From positions 1-48,982 of the forward strand of contig DASTDT010000080.1 of assembly GCA_035710225.1 (NCBI GenBank): 48,982 nt of DNA, in the 5' to 3' direction. The notes below the pieces were generated by a model. That model was not told the DNA's origin, made no database searches, and was given only the letters and a program-made list of their open reading frames with translations. Of this stretch, positions 21,234 through 30,879 are shown one piece after another. This DNA is from Sphingomicrobium sp. (lineage in GTDB: Bacteria; Pseudomonadota; Alphaproteobacteria; Sphingomonadales; Sphingomonadaceae). A program made the translations under genes and the position numbers. Every line of letters begins with the position of its first letter. The stretch's first letter is position 1.

Positions 21234-23432
21234 CTAACGCTTGCCGCCCATCTTCTTGTAGCGGGTTTTGCCGAAGCGGTCGCGTCTGGTCCCCGGCCGC
21301 CCCTGGGTGGCATTGCCCATCGGCCTCGGCGCGGCGCGCTCGCCGTGCGGGATGCCGAGGTCGTCTTCCTCCAGCCTGCGGATCTCGTCGCGGATCCGCG
21401 CCGCTTCCTCGAACTCGAGGTCGCCAGCGGCTTTGCGCATGCGCGCCTCGAGTTCGCCGATATAGGCCTTGAGGTTGTGGCCGACGAGGTGCGGCCGCTC
21501 GTCGTCGCCGGTGTCGACCACGACCCCGTCGCGGGTCGAGACATGGGCGATGATATCGTGGATGTTGCGCTTGATGCTCTCGGGCGTGATGCCGTGCTCG
21601 GCATTGTAGGCGAGCTGCTTTTCGCGCCGCCGGCCGGTTTCGTTGAGCGCCCGCTCCATGCTCCCCGTCACCGTGTCGGCGTAGAGGATCACGCGCCCGT
21701 CGACGTTGCGCGCGGCTCGGCCGATGGTCTGGATCAGCGACGTCTCGGAGCGAAGGAAGCCTTCCTTGTCGGCGTCGAGGATGGCGACCAGCCCGCATTC
21801 GGGGATGTCGAGCCCCTCGCGCAGCAGATTGATCCCGACCAGCACGTCATAGACCCCGAGGCGAAGGTCGCGGATCAGCTCGATGCGCTCCAGCGTCTCA
21901 ACGTCGCTGTGCATGTAGCGCACGCGAAGCCCCGCCTCGTGGAGATATTCCGTCAGGTCCTCGGCCATTCGCTTGGTCAGCGTCGTGACCAAAGTGCGAT
22001 ATCCCTTTGCGGCGGTCTGCTTGGCCTCGTGCACCAGGTCGTCGACCTGGTCGTCGACCGGCTTGATCTCGACCGGCGGGTCGATCAGCCCGGTTGGGCG
22101 GATGACCTGCTCGGAAAACACGCCGCCGGTCTCGTTCATTTCCCACGGGCCCGGAGTCGCCGACACGAATGTCGTCTGCGGGCGCATCGCGTCCCATTCG
22201 TTGAAGCGCAGCGGCCGGTTGTCGATGCAGCTCGGCAGGCGAAAGCCATATTCGGCGAGCGTGATCTTGCGGCGGTGGTCGCCCTTGGCCATCGCCCCGA
22301 TCTGCGGCACCGTCTGGTGGCTCTCGTCGACAAACAGAAGCGAGTTGTCGGGAAGATATTCGAACAGCGTCGGCGGCGGCTCGCCCGGCAGCCGGCCGGT
22401 GAGGAAGCGGCTGTAATTCTCGATTCCCGCGCAGCTTCCGGTGGCGGCGATCATCTCGAGGTCGAAGTTGGTGCGCTGCTCGAGGCGCTGGGCCTCCAGC
22501 AGCCGGCCCTCTGCGACCAGCTCCTTGAGCCGCTCGGCGAGCTCGTGGCGGATCGCCTGGGTCGCCTGCTTGAGCGTCGGCCCGGGGGTCACGTAATGCG
22601 AATTGGCGTAGACCCGGATGTCGTTGAGGTTCGCGCTCTTCTTGCCGGTCAACGGGTCGAATTCGGTGATCTCCTCGACCTCGTCGCCGAAGAAGCTGAT
22701 GCGCCACGCGCTGTCCTCATAGTGCGACGGGAAGATCTCGAGATTGTCGCCGCGCACCCTAAAATTGCCGCGCGCGAAAGCGGCGTCGTTGCGCTTGTAC
22801 TGAAGCGCGACGAGCTTGCGGATGATCTCCGACTGGTCGACGCTCTGGCCCTTCTTCAAGTCGAAGATCATCGCCGAATAGGTCTCGACCGAGCCAATTC
22901 CGTAGAGGCATGAAACCGAGGCGACGATGATCACGTCGTCGCGCTCGAGCAGCGAGCGTGTGGCCGAATGGCGCATCCGGTCGATCGCCTCGTTCACCGA
23001 GCTTTCCTTCTCGATGTAGGTGTCGGTGCGCGGAACGTAGGCCTCGGGCTGGTAATAGTCGTAATAGCTGACGAAATATTCGACCGCATTGTCGGGGAAG
23101 AAGCTCTTGAACTCGCCGTAGAGCTGGGCCGCGAGGATCTTGTTCGGCGCCAGCACCAGCGCCGGGCGCTGTGTCTCCTGGATGATTTGCGCCATCGTAT
23201 AGGTCTTGCCCGAGCCGGTAACCCCGAGCAGTACCTGGCTCATTTCGCCATTGTCCCGGATGCCTTCGACCAGCTCCCGGATCGCGGTCGGCTGGTCGCC
23301 GGCGGGCGAATAGTCGCTGGTCAGCCGGAAGCGTTTTCCGCCCTCCGCCTTGTCCGGGCGGGCGGGACGGTGCGGAACGAAATTATCACCGGTATCGGGC
23401 TCGGCGAGCGAAGTGCGGATCTGGATGGCCAT
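21234..23432 (-). CDS. uvrB: Excinuclease ABC subunit B
   Basis: [35 protein letters not shown] and a C-terminal UVR coil ([11 protein letters not shown]). Start re-assigned to ATG 23432. Confidence 0.98.
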   Translation of the reverse strand: MAIQIRTSLAEPDTGDNFVPHRPARPDKAEGGKRFRLTSDYSPAGDQPTAIRELVEGIRDNGEMSQVLLGVTGSGKTYTMAQIIQETQRPALVLAPNKILAAQLYGEFKSFFPDNAVEYFVSYYDYYQPEAYVPRTDTYIEKESSVNEAIDRMRHSATRSLLERDDVIIVASVSCLYGIGSVETYSAMIFDLKKGQSVDQSEIIRKLVALQYKRNDAAFARGNFRVRGDNLEIFPSHYEDSAWRISFFGDEVEEITEFDPLTGKKSANLNDIRVYANSHYVTPGPTLKQATQAIRHELAERLKELVAEGRLLEAQRLEQRTNFDLEMIAATGSCAGIENYSRFLTGRLPGEPPPTLFEYLPDNSLLFVDESHQTVPQIGAMAKGDHRRKITLAEYGFRLPSCIDNRPLRFNEWDAMRPQTTFVSATPGPWEMNETGGVFSEQVIRPTGLIDPPVEIKPVDDQVDDLVHEAKQTAAKGYRTLVTTLTKRMAEDLTEYLHEAGLRVRYMHSDVETLERIELIRDLRLGVYDVLVGINLLREGLDIPECGLVAILDADKEGFLRSETSLIQTIGRAARNVDGRVILYADTVTGSMERALNETGRRREKQLAYNAEHGITPESIKRNIHDIIAHVSTRDGVVVDTGDDERPHLVGHNLKAYIGELEARMRKAAGDLEFEEAARIRDEIRRLEEDDLGIPHGERAAPRPMGNATQGRPGTRRDRFGKTRYKKMGGKR

Positions 23433-23655
23433 CGAACGCCCATATGGGGAGTGCCGGCGCAGCGGGCAATCGGCGGAAATGGCACTCATTCGTCGAACCG
23501 GCGCGGACGCTTGACGATGAGGGCTGGCGCGCTTGCGCCGCGACGGCGAATTCATCGCTCTCACCGCTTCCTCATCCCCCGGTCATGACGCGCGGCGCTC
23601 CGCGTGACACGGCGAGCAACTCCCGCGCCCCGGCGCCTGCAAAGGACTATTGTTG

Positions 23656-25836
23656 ATGCGTTCCACCCTCGCCGTCGCCCTCCTGGGAGCAAGCCTCGCC
23701 AGCATCGCCTCTGCAGCCGCCGCTCAGGCGCCCGGGCGGCCGCCCGCCGAGCGCCCTCGCCCTCCGGCCGCCAAGCCCGAAGAAGTGGTTGTCACCGGCA
23801 ACCGCGCCGACGTCGTCGCCCGGCCAGACCGTCTGAGCTTCAGCGTCGCCAACGACCTCCAGGCGCAGACCGGGACCCTCGCCGATGCACTGCGCAACGT
23901 GCCGGGGGTGGAGGTCGACCTGGAAGGACGGGTCAGCCTGCGCGGCGACAGTTCGGTGGAGATCCTGATCGACGGCCGGCCCTCCGCGATGCTTCGCGGC
24001 GAGGGCCGCGCCGCCTTCCTTCAATCGATGCCCGCCAACCAGGTCGAGCGGGTCGAGGTGATCACCAACCCGTCCGCCGCTTTCAGTCCGGAAGGCTCGG
24101 GCGGGATCATCAACCTCGTGACCAAGCGCGCGCAAACCAATACACGCTGGGCGACGGTTCGGGCGATTGCCGGCCCCGACGGCAAGGGCGGCGCCAACGT
24201 CACCGGAGCGACATCGAGCAAGGGCCTGACCTTGTCGGGCGACCTCGGCTTTCGCCGCTGGCCGTCGAGCGCCGACTTCAAGCGCACTCGCGAGGCCCTG
24301 GCGCCCGACGGGACGGTGGTCAGCCGGACACGCCAGGTCGGCGATGTCGACCAACGGCCGGTCGGAATGCAGAGCCGGGTCGGCGCCGAATATGACCTCG
24401 ACAAGTCCAACCGGCTGACGGGCGAGCTCGCCTTCCACCAGATGCGGGGCGAGTCAGAGCGGGACGAGACCACGCTCTCGACCGACCCGGCGCTCGGCCT
24501 CTTCCGCGACGTCGAGTCCGACATAAAAATGACGATGCGCTCGGCCAAGGCCTCGTGGCGGCGCCAGTTCGCCGCTGAGCACGAGCTGGTCGCCGAACTC
24601 GACCTGTCGCGGTTCACCATCGACAACGACAGCGATGGCCGCTCGCAGCCGGCGGCGGCGGCCGACCGCTTCGAGCAAATCGGCAACGAATCGCGGCGTG
24701 ACGAAGGCGGCTTCAAGCTCGACTACAAGCGGCCGCTGGGCGAGAAGAGCTCGCTCAACCTCGGCTATGAGGTCGATCTCAGGCGCAACGAATTCGACCT
24801 TTCCGGAGCGTTCGGCGACAGCCCCGAAACGCTTCTTCCGGTCGCCGCGCTGACCAATCGCTTCGCCTATGACGAGCTGATCAACGCCTTCTACGGCACC
24901 GCCACCTTCTCGCTCGGCAAGCTCGAGCTTCAGCCCGGCCTGCGGCTGGAGCAGGCCGACCTCGTCATCGACCAGAAGACCGACGAGCTTCGAATCGAGG
25001 ACGATTATCTGCGGCTCTACCCGACGCTTCACCTCGGTTACGAGGTGAGCAAGGCCGACCGCCTTCGCGCCAGCTACAGCCGGCGCATCGCGCGCCCGTC
25101 GCCGCAGGCGCTCAATCCTTACACCGTCTATATCGACCCGCAGAACCTGCGCCGCGGCAACCCTTTCCTCCGCCCGGCGGTCACCGATTCCTTCGAGCTC
25201 GGCTGGAACCGCCGCAAGGGCGGCACCTTCCTCTCGGCGACGCTATTCCACCGCCGCTCACGCGACGGCTTCACCGAAGTGGTCGAGGATATCGGCGACG
25301 GGATCCTGCTCACCACCACCGCCAACCTTGCCCGCGAGAAGCGCAGCGGGGTCGAGCTCATCGCCAACGGTAAGTTCGGAAAAACGCTCGGCTACAACGC
25401 CTCGGCGACGCTTCTCCACCACGAGATCGACTCGGCTGGCACCGGCTTCGCCGGCAAGCGCAGCGGCACGGTCGGCAATGGCCGGCTGTCGCTGACCTGG
25501 CAGCCGACCCCGAAGGATTTCTTCCAGCTCGGCGGGATCTACATCGGCCGGCAACTGCTTCCGCAGGGCTATCGCCAGTCCGGCGGAATGCTCAACCTCG
25601 GCTACCGGCGCAAGGTCAGCGACAAGCTCAGCCTGCTCCTGACCGGCCAGAACCTGCTCGACAGCCTCCGCCAGGAGACGGTGATCGAGAGCGACGCGTT
25701 CCGCGACCGGATCACCTCACGAGGCCCGGGGCGGACCGTGCTCGCCGGGATCACGCTCAATTTCGGCAACTCCAACCGCCGGCGGCAGGACCAGGGCATC
25801 GAGTTCGACCAGGGCGCGGGCAACGTGCCGCAATAG
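23656..25836 (+). CDS. TonB-dependent receptor (outer-membrane beta-barrel)
   Basis: Signal peptide, TonB box EEVVVTG, plug LRNVPGV...ERVEVITNPSA...GGIINLV and RGNPFLRP. Confidence 0.9.
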   Translation: MRSTLAVALLGASLASIASAAAAQAPGRPPAERPRPPAAKPEEVVVTGNRADVVARPDRLSFSVANDLQAQTGTLADALRNVPGVEVDLEGRVSLRGDSSVEILIDGRPSAMLRGEGRAAFLQSMPANQVERVEVITNPSAAFSPEGSGGIINLVTKRAQTNTRWATVRAIAGPDGKGGANVTGATSSKGLTLSGDLGFRRWPSSADFKRTREALAPDGTVVSRTRQVGDVDQRPVGMQSRVGAEYDLDKSNRLTGELAFHQMRGESERDETTLSTDPALGLFRDVESDIKMTMRSAKASWRRQFAAEHELVAELDLSRFTIDNDSDGRSQPAAAADRFEQIGNESRRDEGGFKLDYKRPLGEKSSLNLGYEVDLRRNEFDLSGAFGDSPETLLPVAALTNRFAYDELINAFYGTATFSLGKLELQPGLRLEQADLVIDQKTDELRIEDDYLRLYPTLHLGYEVSKADRLRASYSRRIARPSPQALNPYTVYIDPQNLRRGNPFLRPAVTDSFELGWNRRKGGTFLSATLFHRRSRDGFTEVVEDIGDGILLTTTANLAREKRSGVELIANGKFGKTLGYNASATLLHHEIDSAGTGFAGKRSGTVGNGRLSLTWQPTPKDFFQLGGIYIGRQLLPQGYRQSGGMLNLGYRRKVSDKLSLLLTGQNLLDSLRQETVIESDAFRDRITSRGPGRTVLAGITLNFGNSNRRRQDQGIEFDQGAGNVPQ

Positions 25837-25909
25837 GCGCGCGGCTTCGTGGGGCGTTGCCAAGGCAGGACGCTCGTCTATGGTCGCCAGACAACAGGAG
25901 AACTTGCCG

Positions 25910-26467
25910 ATGCGCCGATTGGTCTTTGCCTTGCCGCTGCTTGCGCTCGCTGCCTGCGACACCGGCCCCAAGGTCTCGGTCGAGAACGCAACGCCCGAGG
26001 AGGTCGCGGCGGAGATGAAGAAAAGCGGCGTGGCCGAGCAATTGCGCAAGCCCGGCCAGTGGCAGACCACCATGTCGGTAGTGAGCATCGAGGCGCCCGG
26101 AATGCCGCCCGAAGCGGTCGGCCAGATGCGTCAGATGATGGGCAACGGCCAATCGACCGAGCGCTGCGTCACCGAGGAGGAATTGAAGCAGGTCGAAAGC
26201 TTCATCGGCCAGAACAACGCCAATTGCCGCTTCGACCATTACCGCGTGTCGGGTGGCAAGATCGACGGCAAGGCCAAGTGCAGCCAGGGCCCGGTCAACC
26301 AGCTGATGACCATGAACGGCAGCTTCACCACCGACAGCTCGGACATGACGATCCGCTCGGAATCGAGCGGCGGTCCGCCGGGCCAGAACATGAAGGTGAC
26401 GATGAACATCAAGTCGAAGCGCCTGGGCGAGTGCAAGCCAGCCGCTCCGGCGACTGCGGCGGGTTGA
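25910..26467 (+). CDS. DUF3617-like lipoprotein
   Basis: AGGAG SD, lipobox LAAC, PGQWQTT, 4 Cys and C-terminal KRLGEC. Confidence 0.75.
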   Translation: MRRLVFALPLLALAACDTGPKVSVENATPEEVAAEMKKSGVAEQLRKPGQWQTTMSVVSIEAPGMPPEAVGQMRQMMGNGQSTERCVTEEELKQVESFIGQNNANCRFDHYRVSGGKIDGKAKCSQGPVNQLMTMNGSFTTDSSDMTIRSESSGGPPGQNMKVTMNIKSKRLGECKPAAPATAAG

Positions 26468-26486
26468 GCGAACAGGGAGGTTTGCA

Positions 26487-27002
26487 ATGCGTAAAATGGT
26501 TCTGACGATCGTTCCGGCGATGCTGCTCGCGGCCTGCGGCGGCGAAGCTCCGCGAGCCGGCGACGAGGCCGCGGCCGAGGCACCAGTCCCCGCCGCCTTC
26601 CCCGTCGGCGAATGGGAAGTGACCTCCGTGGTCGAGCGCATCGGCTCGACCGACGGCACGACCCCGGCGACCTCCGCCAAGCAGGGCGATTCCGCGACTC
26701 GCAAGGCGTGCGCCGCCACGGCCGCTGAACTCAGCAAGCTGTTCACGCCCGAAGGCGCCGACTGCACCGCGATGAGCGACTATGCCCGCCAGGGTCGGAT
26801 TAACACCGCCTACAAGTGCAACATCCCCGGCGGCGTGCTGACCCCGACGGTGAACGGCCGCTACACCGCCGACACGCTCGAGGTGGTGGTCGATTCGGCC
26901 AGCATGCTGAGCGGCAGCGGTGACTACCAGATGAGCGCCAAGATCACGGGCAAGCGCCTGGGCGATTGCCCGCCAGGCGGTGCTGCTCCGGCCGCGGGCT
27001 AG
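26487..27002 (+). CDS. DUF3617-like lipoprotein (tandem paralog)
   Basis: GGAGG SD, lipobox LAAC, GEWEVT, 4 Cys and KRLGDC. Confidence 0.75.
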   Translation: MRKMVLTIVPAMLLAACGGEAPRAGDEAAAEAPVPAAFPVGEWEVTSVVERIGSTDGTTPATSAKQGDSATRKACAATAAELSKLFTPEGADCTAMSDYARQGRINTAYKCNIPGGVLTPTVNGRYTADTLEVVVDSASMLSGSGDYQMSAKITGKRLGDCPPGGAAPAAG

Positions 27003-27412
27003 ATCAGGCGCTCCATCCGCAGCTCTCCGCTGTCGGTGCCGCCGACGACCATCCAGCCGCTGATTCGGTAGAAGCGCTCGGCCCTCGTTCTCGGCGACGT
27101 GGTTAAGATCAGGCGCGGCAGGCGCCGCTCGCGAGCCGCCTCGATCAGCCTCGCGTGCAGCCGCCGTCCCACACCTCGACCTTCCGCGTCAGGGTCGACG
27201 AACAGCGCCCAGACGCTGGCGCGCGCGACGTCGAGCACGGCGAAGCCAACAATTTGCCCGCCGGCCACTGCTACCCATGCGCTGCCGGCCTTTACGAAAG
27301 GGACATAGCAGCCTTGGCCAATTCCGCCGGGATCTGACAACTCGTTCTCGCGCACCGCGAGCCGAATGGCGTGCATGTCCGGAATGTCGGCTGTCGTCGC
27401 CGCGCGTATCAC
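26999..27412 (-). CDS. GNAT family N-acetyltransferase
   Basis: LFVDPDAEGRGVGRRL acetyl-CoA motif and AERFYRISGW. The GTG start overlaps the upstream TGA (GTGA). Confidence 0.88.
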   Translation of the reverse strand: MIRAATTADIPDMHAIRLAVRENELSDPGGIGQGCYVPFVKAGSAWVAVAGGQIVGFAVLDVARASVWALFVDPDAEGRGVGRRLHARLIEAARERRLPRLILTTSPRTRAERFYRISGWMVVGGTDSGELRMERLI

Positions 27413-27939
27413 TTTGTGGAGTTCACCACTCGATAGCGGACCAGCACGCACCCCATCGCGATGGGCCGCGTCTCGATGAGTTCGAGATCGACGCGTCGCC
27501 CAAGCGGCCGGAGCATCGGAATTCCACCGCCGAGTAACATGGGGTGGAGGTTGAGCCCGATCTCATCGACAACTCCCCCGTCGATCAGCGCCGAGCCAAG
27601 TTCCCCGCCTCCCATCACGATGATGTCGCCGCCCGGCTCCCGCTTCAGCTTGCGGACGAAGCCGACCGCGTCCTGGCGTATCAGTTCCGTCCCCTCAGGC
27701 ACGCTGTCCAGCGTCCGCGAGAAGACGATGTTGCGAATGCCCTTGATGGACGGACCGCCGCCCATCTTTTGGCCGAATTCATAGGTTTTGCGTCCCGACA
27801 GTATCGTGTCGACGCCTTTCCAGCTGTCCTTGGTGATCCGCTGCACATCGTCGCTCATTCGCAGCCAGTCGATCGCCTCATCAGGCCCGGCGATATAGCC
27901 GTCGAAGCTCGCCGCCCCGCCATATGTGACTTTTCGCAT
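27409..27939 (-). CDS. Dihydrofolate reductase-like (RibD C-terminal domain) protein
   Basis: SFDGYIAG, GRKTYE, MGGGEL and VDEI...PMLLGGGIP motifs. GAGGAG SD before ATG 27939. Confidence 0.88.
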   Translation of the reverse strand: MRKVTYGGAASFDGYIAGPDEAIDWLRMSDDVQRITKDSWKGVDTILSGRKTYEFGQKMGGGPSIKGIRNIVFSRTLDSVPEGTELIRQDAVGFVRKLKREPGGDIIVMGGGELGSALIDGGVVDEIGLNLHPMLLGGGIPMLRPLGRRVDLELIETRPIAMGCVLVRYRVVNSTK

Positions 27940-28126
27940 GGGCTCCTCGTCGCACGATCCTACCGCAGGTACTTGCCGCGCGCCGATCACCGCGCCGCCA
28001 TCGCTCTGCACACTGGTCGCGGCGGCGGCGATGCGCGTTCGTGTCCCATCCGCCACAGCTCCCTCTAGGGCCAGTATTTTTTTAACCCTGGGTTGATTTT
28101 TGGGTTGCGCCCCGATTCGCTTTCAA

Positions 28127-28173
28127 ACACTATATGTAGCGTTTCGACGGGGGTCGCTCTCAATCTATTGTGA
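28127..28173 (+). promoter_or_regulatory. Tandem NrdR boxes
   Basis: ACACTATATGTAGCGT (28127-28142) and TCTCAATCTATTGTGA (28158-28173) match acaCwAtATaTwGtgt. They are 31 bp apart, upstream of nrdA. Confidence 0.85.
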
Positions 28174-28352
28174 TTGGGGCCGGAGATGACTATCTTCGGC
28201 AAGCGGCTTTTTGCGCCCTGTGGATATCGGGGACATGGGCCAGAAAGACCCCTTGTCGAGGCGAAATTGGGCTAGGGTTCGCTGCCTCGGCGCCGAGTCG
28301 AACGCTTAGCGAACAAGCGGCCGCGAGGCTGCGCTTGTGATGGGGTGATGAC

Positions 28353-30227
28353 ATGGACTTTTCGACGGGCAACGACGTTTCCACGGCCGACGTTTCGGGC
28401 GCTGCGGGCGCACGCACGAGCAAGACCGTCGACGCGCGCGCGTTCGACATCGTCACCGACGAATCGCGCGATTCGCTGCTGACCGAGTTCGGCAAGGACA
28501 CGCTTCGCGACCGCTATCTCTTGCCCGGCGAGAACTACCAGGACCTGTTCGCCCGGGTCGCCTCGGCCTATGCCGACGGCCAGGAGCATGCCCAGCGGCT
28601 CTACGACTATATCTCCAAGCTGTGGTTCATGCCCGCCACCCCGGTGCTGAGCAACGGCGGCACCGGCCGTGGCCTGCCGATCTCCTGCTATCTCAACAGC
28701 GTCGACGACAGCCTCGAAGGCATCGTCGGGACGTGGAACGAGAACGTCTGGCTGGCTTCGCGCGGCGGCGGCATCGGCACCTATTGGGGCGCGGTTCGCG
28801 GCATCGGCGAGCCGGTCGGCCTCAACGGCAAGACCAGCGGAATCATCCCGTTCGTCCGGGTGATGGACAGCCTCACCCTCGCCATCAGCCAGGGCTCGCT
28901 TCGCCGCGGCTCGGCCGCCGTTTACCTCGACGTCGCCCACCCCGAGATCGAGGAGTTCCTCGAGATCCGCAAGCCGTCGGGCGACTTCAACCGCAAGGCG
29001 CTCAACCTCCACCACGGCGTGTTGATCACCGACGAGTTCATGGAAGCGGTTCGCGACGGCTCCGACTTCACGCTTCGCTCGCCCCGCGACGGCACCGAGC
29101 GCGGCAGCGTCAACGCCCGCGCTTTGTTCCAGAAGCTGGTCGAGACCCGGCTTGCGACCGGCGAGCCCTACATCGTCTTCTCCGACACCGTGAACCGCAA
29201 CATGCCCAAGCATCACCGCGATCTCGGGCTCAAGGTGTCGACCTCCAACCTCTGCTCGGAGATCACGCTTCCGACCGGCAAGGACCATCTTGGCGCCGAG
29301 CGCACCGCGGTGTGCTGCCTGTCCTCGCTCAACCTCGAGACCTGGGACGAGTGGAACGGCGACAAGGAGTTCATCGAGGACGTCATGCGCTTCCTCGACA
29401 ACGTCCTGTCGGACTACATCGCCCGCGCCCCCGACGAGACCGCCCGCGCCAAGTACAGCGCCGAGCGCGAGCGTTCGGTCGGCCTCGGCGTGATGGGCTT
29501 CCACTCCTTCCTCCAGGCGCGCGGCCTGCCGTTCGAGGGCGCCATGGCCAAGTCGTGGAACCTCAAGATCTTCAAGCACATCCGCGCCCAGGTCGACGAA
29601 GCGTCGATGATGCTTGCGCAGGAGCGCGGCCCCTGCCCCGACGCCGCCGACATGGGCGTGATGGAGCGTTTCTCGTGCAAGATGGCGATCGCGCCGACCG
29701 CGTCGATCTCGATCATCGCCGGCGGCACCTCGGCGTGCATCGAGCCGATCCCCGCCAACATCTACACTCACAAGACGCTGTCGGGTTCGTTCTCGATCAA
29801 GAACCCCTATCTCGAGAAGCTGCTCGCTGAGAAGTCGAAGGACAGCGACCAGGTGTGGAACTCGATCCTCGAGCAGGGCGGAAGCGTCGCCCACCTCGAC
29901 TTCCTCACGCCCGAGGAAAAGGACGTGTTCAAGACCAGCTTCGAGATCGACCAGCGCTGGCTGATCGAGCTCGCCGCCGACCGCACGCCGTTCATCGACC
30001 AGGCGACCAGCCTCAACCTGTTCATCCCCGCCGACGTCGACAAGTGGGACCTCCTGATGCTCCACTTCCGCGCCTGGGAGCTGGGCATCAAGTCGCTCTA
30101 TTATCTGCGCTCGAAGTCGGTCCAGCGCGCCGGATTTGCCGGCGGGGTCGAGGCCGACAACACCGCCGAGCCCGCCGTCTACCAGCTTCCCACCACCGAC
30201 TATGACGAATGCCTGGCCTGCCAATGA
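28353..30227 (+). CDS. nrdA: Ribonucleoside-diphosphate reductase alpha subunit (class I, short form without ATP cone)
   Basis: PATPVL, ISCYL, SNLCSEI, APTASIS, KSLYY and C-terminal CLAC. Confidence 0.96.
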   Translation: MDFSTGNDVSTADVSGAAGARTSKTVDARAFDIVTDESRDSLLTEFGKDTLRDRYLLPGENYQDLFARVASAYADGQEHAQRLYDYISKLWFMPATPVLSNGGTGRGLPISCYLNSVDDSLEGIVGTWNENVWLASRGGGIGTYWGAVRGIGEPVGLNGKTSGIIPFVRVMDSLTLAISQGSLRRGSAAVYLDVAHPEIEEFLEIRKPSGDFNRKALNLHHGVLITDEFMEAVRDGSDFTLRSPRDGTERGSVNARALFQKLVETRLATGEPYIVFSDTVNRNMPKHHRDLGLKVSTSNLCSEITLPTGKDHLGAERTAVCCLSSLNLETWDEWNGDKEFIEDVMRFLDNVLSDYIARAPDETARAKYSAERERSVGLGVMGFHSFLQARGLPFEGAMAKSWNLKIFKHIRAQVDEASMMLAQERGPCPDAADMGVMERFSCKMAIAPTASISIIAGGTSACIEPIPANIYTHKTLSGSFSIKNPYLEKLLAEKSKDSDQVWNSILEQGGSVAHLDFLTPEEKDVFKTSFEIDQRWLIELAADRTPFIDQATSLNLFIPADVDKWDLLMLHFRAWELGIKSLYYLRSKSVQRAGFAGGVEADNTAEPAVYQLPTTDYDECLACQ

Positions 30228-30433
30228 CTACCGCCCAGATCCTTGAGCTCGCCGCCGCCGCGCTGATCATCGCCGCCGGCATTTTCCTGATGCGCCGCCG
30301 CGCGTCGGACGGCTCGCGGCGCGGAAGCCAGGGCGGCGTGATCCTGCTCCTCATCGGCGCGATGATCGCGATCCACGGCTTAGGCCTTACCAAGTACCGC
30401 CCCAGCCCGTCCGAGCTGGAGGCCCGCCAATGA
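30224..30433 (+). CDS. Small 2-TM membrane protein (69 aa)
   Basis: ATGA overlap with the nrdA stop, two hydrophobic helices, host-like codon usage. Confidence 0.7.
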   Translation: MTTAQILELAAAALIIAAGIFLMRRRASDGSRRGSQGGVILLLIGAMIAIHGLGLTKYRPSPSELEARQ

Positions 30434-30750
30434 ACCGCTTGACCGCCCTCGGTCCGGCGCTCCTGCTGGCAGGCTGCGCCGCCCAGCAGCAGGCGGACGC
30501 CGTCTCTCCCGCCGCGCCCGGCTTCTTGCTCGGCCTGTGGCACGGCTTCATCTTTCCGATCGCGTGGATCGTCTCGCTGTTCGCGGACAAGGTGGCGGTC
30601 TATGCCGTCCCCAACAACGGCGGCTGGTACGACTTCGGCTATTTCCTCGGCATCGTCGTGTTCGGGGTCGGCGCGCGCAAGAGCCGGGTCGTCTACAAGG
30701 AGCGCGTCATCGACGTCCGCGCCAAGAAGGTCGAGGAGACCAGCCAATGA
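30430..30750 (+). CDS. Small lipoprotein/membrane protein with GLWHG...WYDFG motif
   Basis: GGAGG SD, ATGA overlap, lipobox LAGC and aromatic/Gly-rich hydrophobic segments. Confidence 0.75.
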   Translation: MNRLTALGPALLLAGCAAQQQADAVSPAAPGFLLGLWHGFIFPIAWIVSLFADKVAVYAVPNNGGWYDFGYFLGIVVFGVGARKSRVVYKERVIDVRAKKVEETSQ

Positions 30751-30875
30751 CCACTACCCAGATCGTTCTCATCGTCGCCGTGGTCGCGGTGCTTGCGATC
30801 CTGCTCATCGCCCGCGGCTCCGGCCCGCGCGTGACCCACATCGAAACCCGCCGCGACGAAGATTCAGGAGCCTAA
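30747..30875 (+). CDS. Single-TM microprotein (42 aa)
   Basis: GAGGAG SD and ATGA overlap. Sequence MTTTQIVLIVAVVAVLAILLIARGSGPRVTHIETRRDEDSGA; its 3' end carries the nrdB SD (AGGAG). Confidence 0.7.
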   Translation: MTTTQIVLIVAVVAVLAILLIARGSGPRVTHIETRRDEDSGA

Positions 30876-30879
30876 ACCG

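Noticed and set aside
23433-23470. LexA box upstream of uvrB
   Set aside because: Only a single GAAC/GTTC half-site; no GTTC-N7-GTTC direct repeat.
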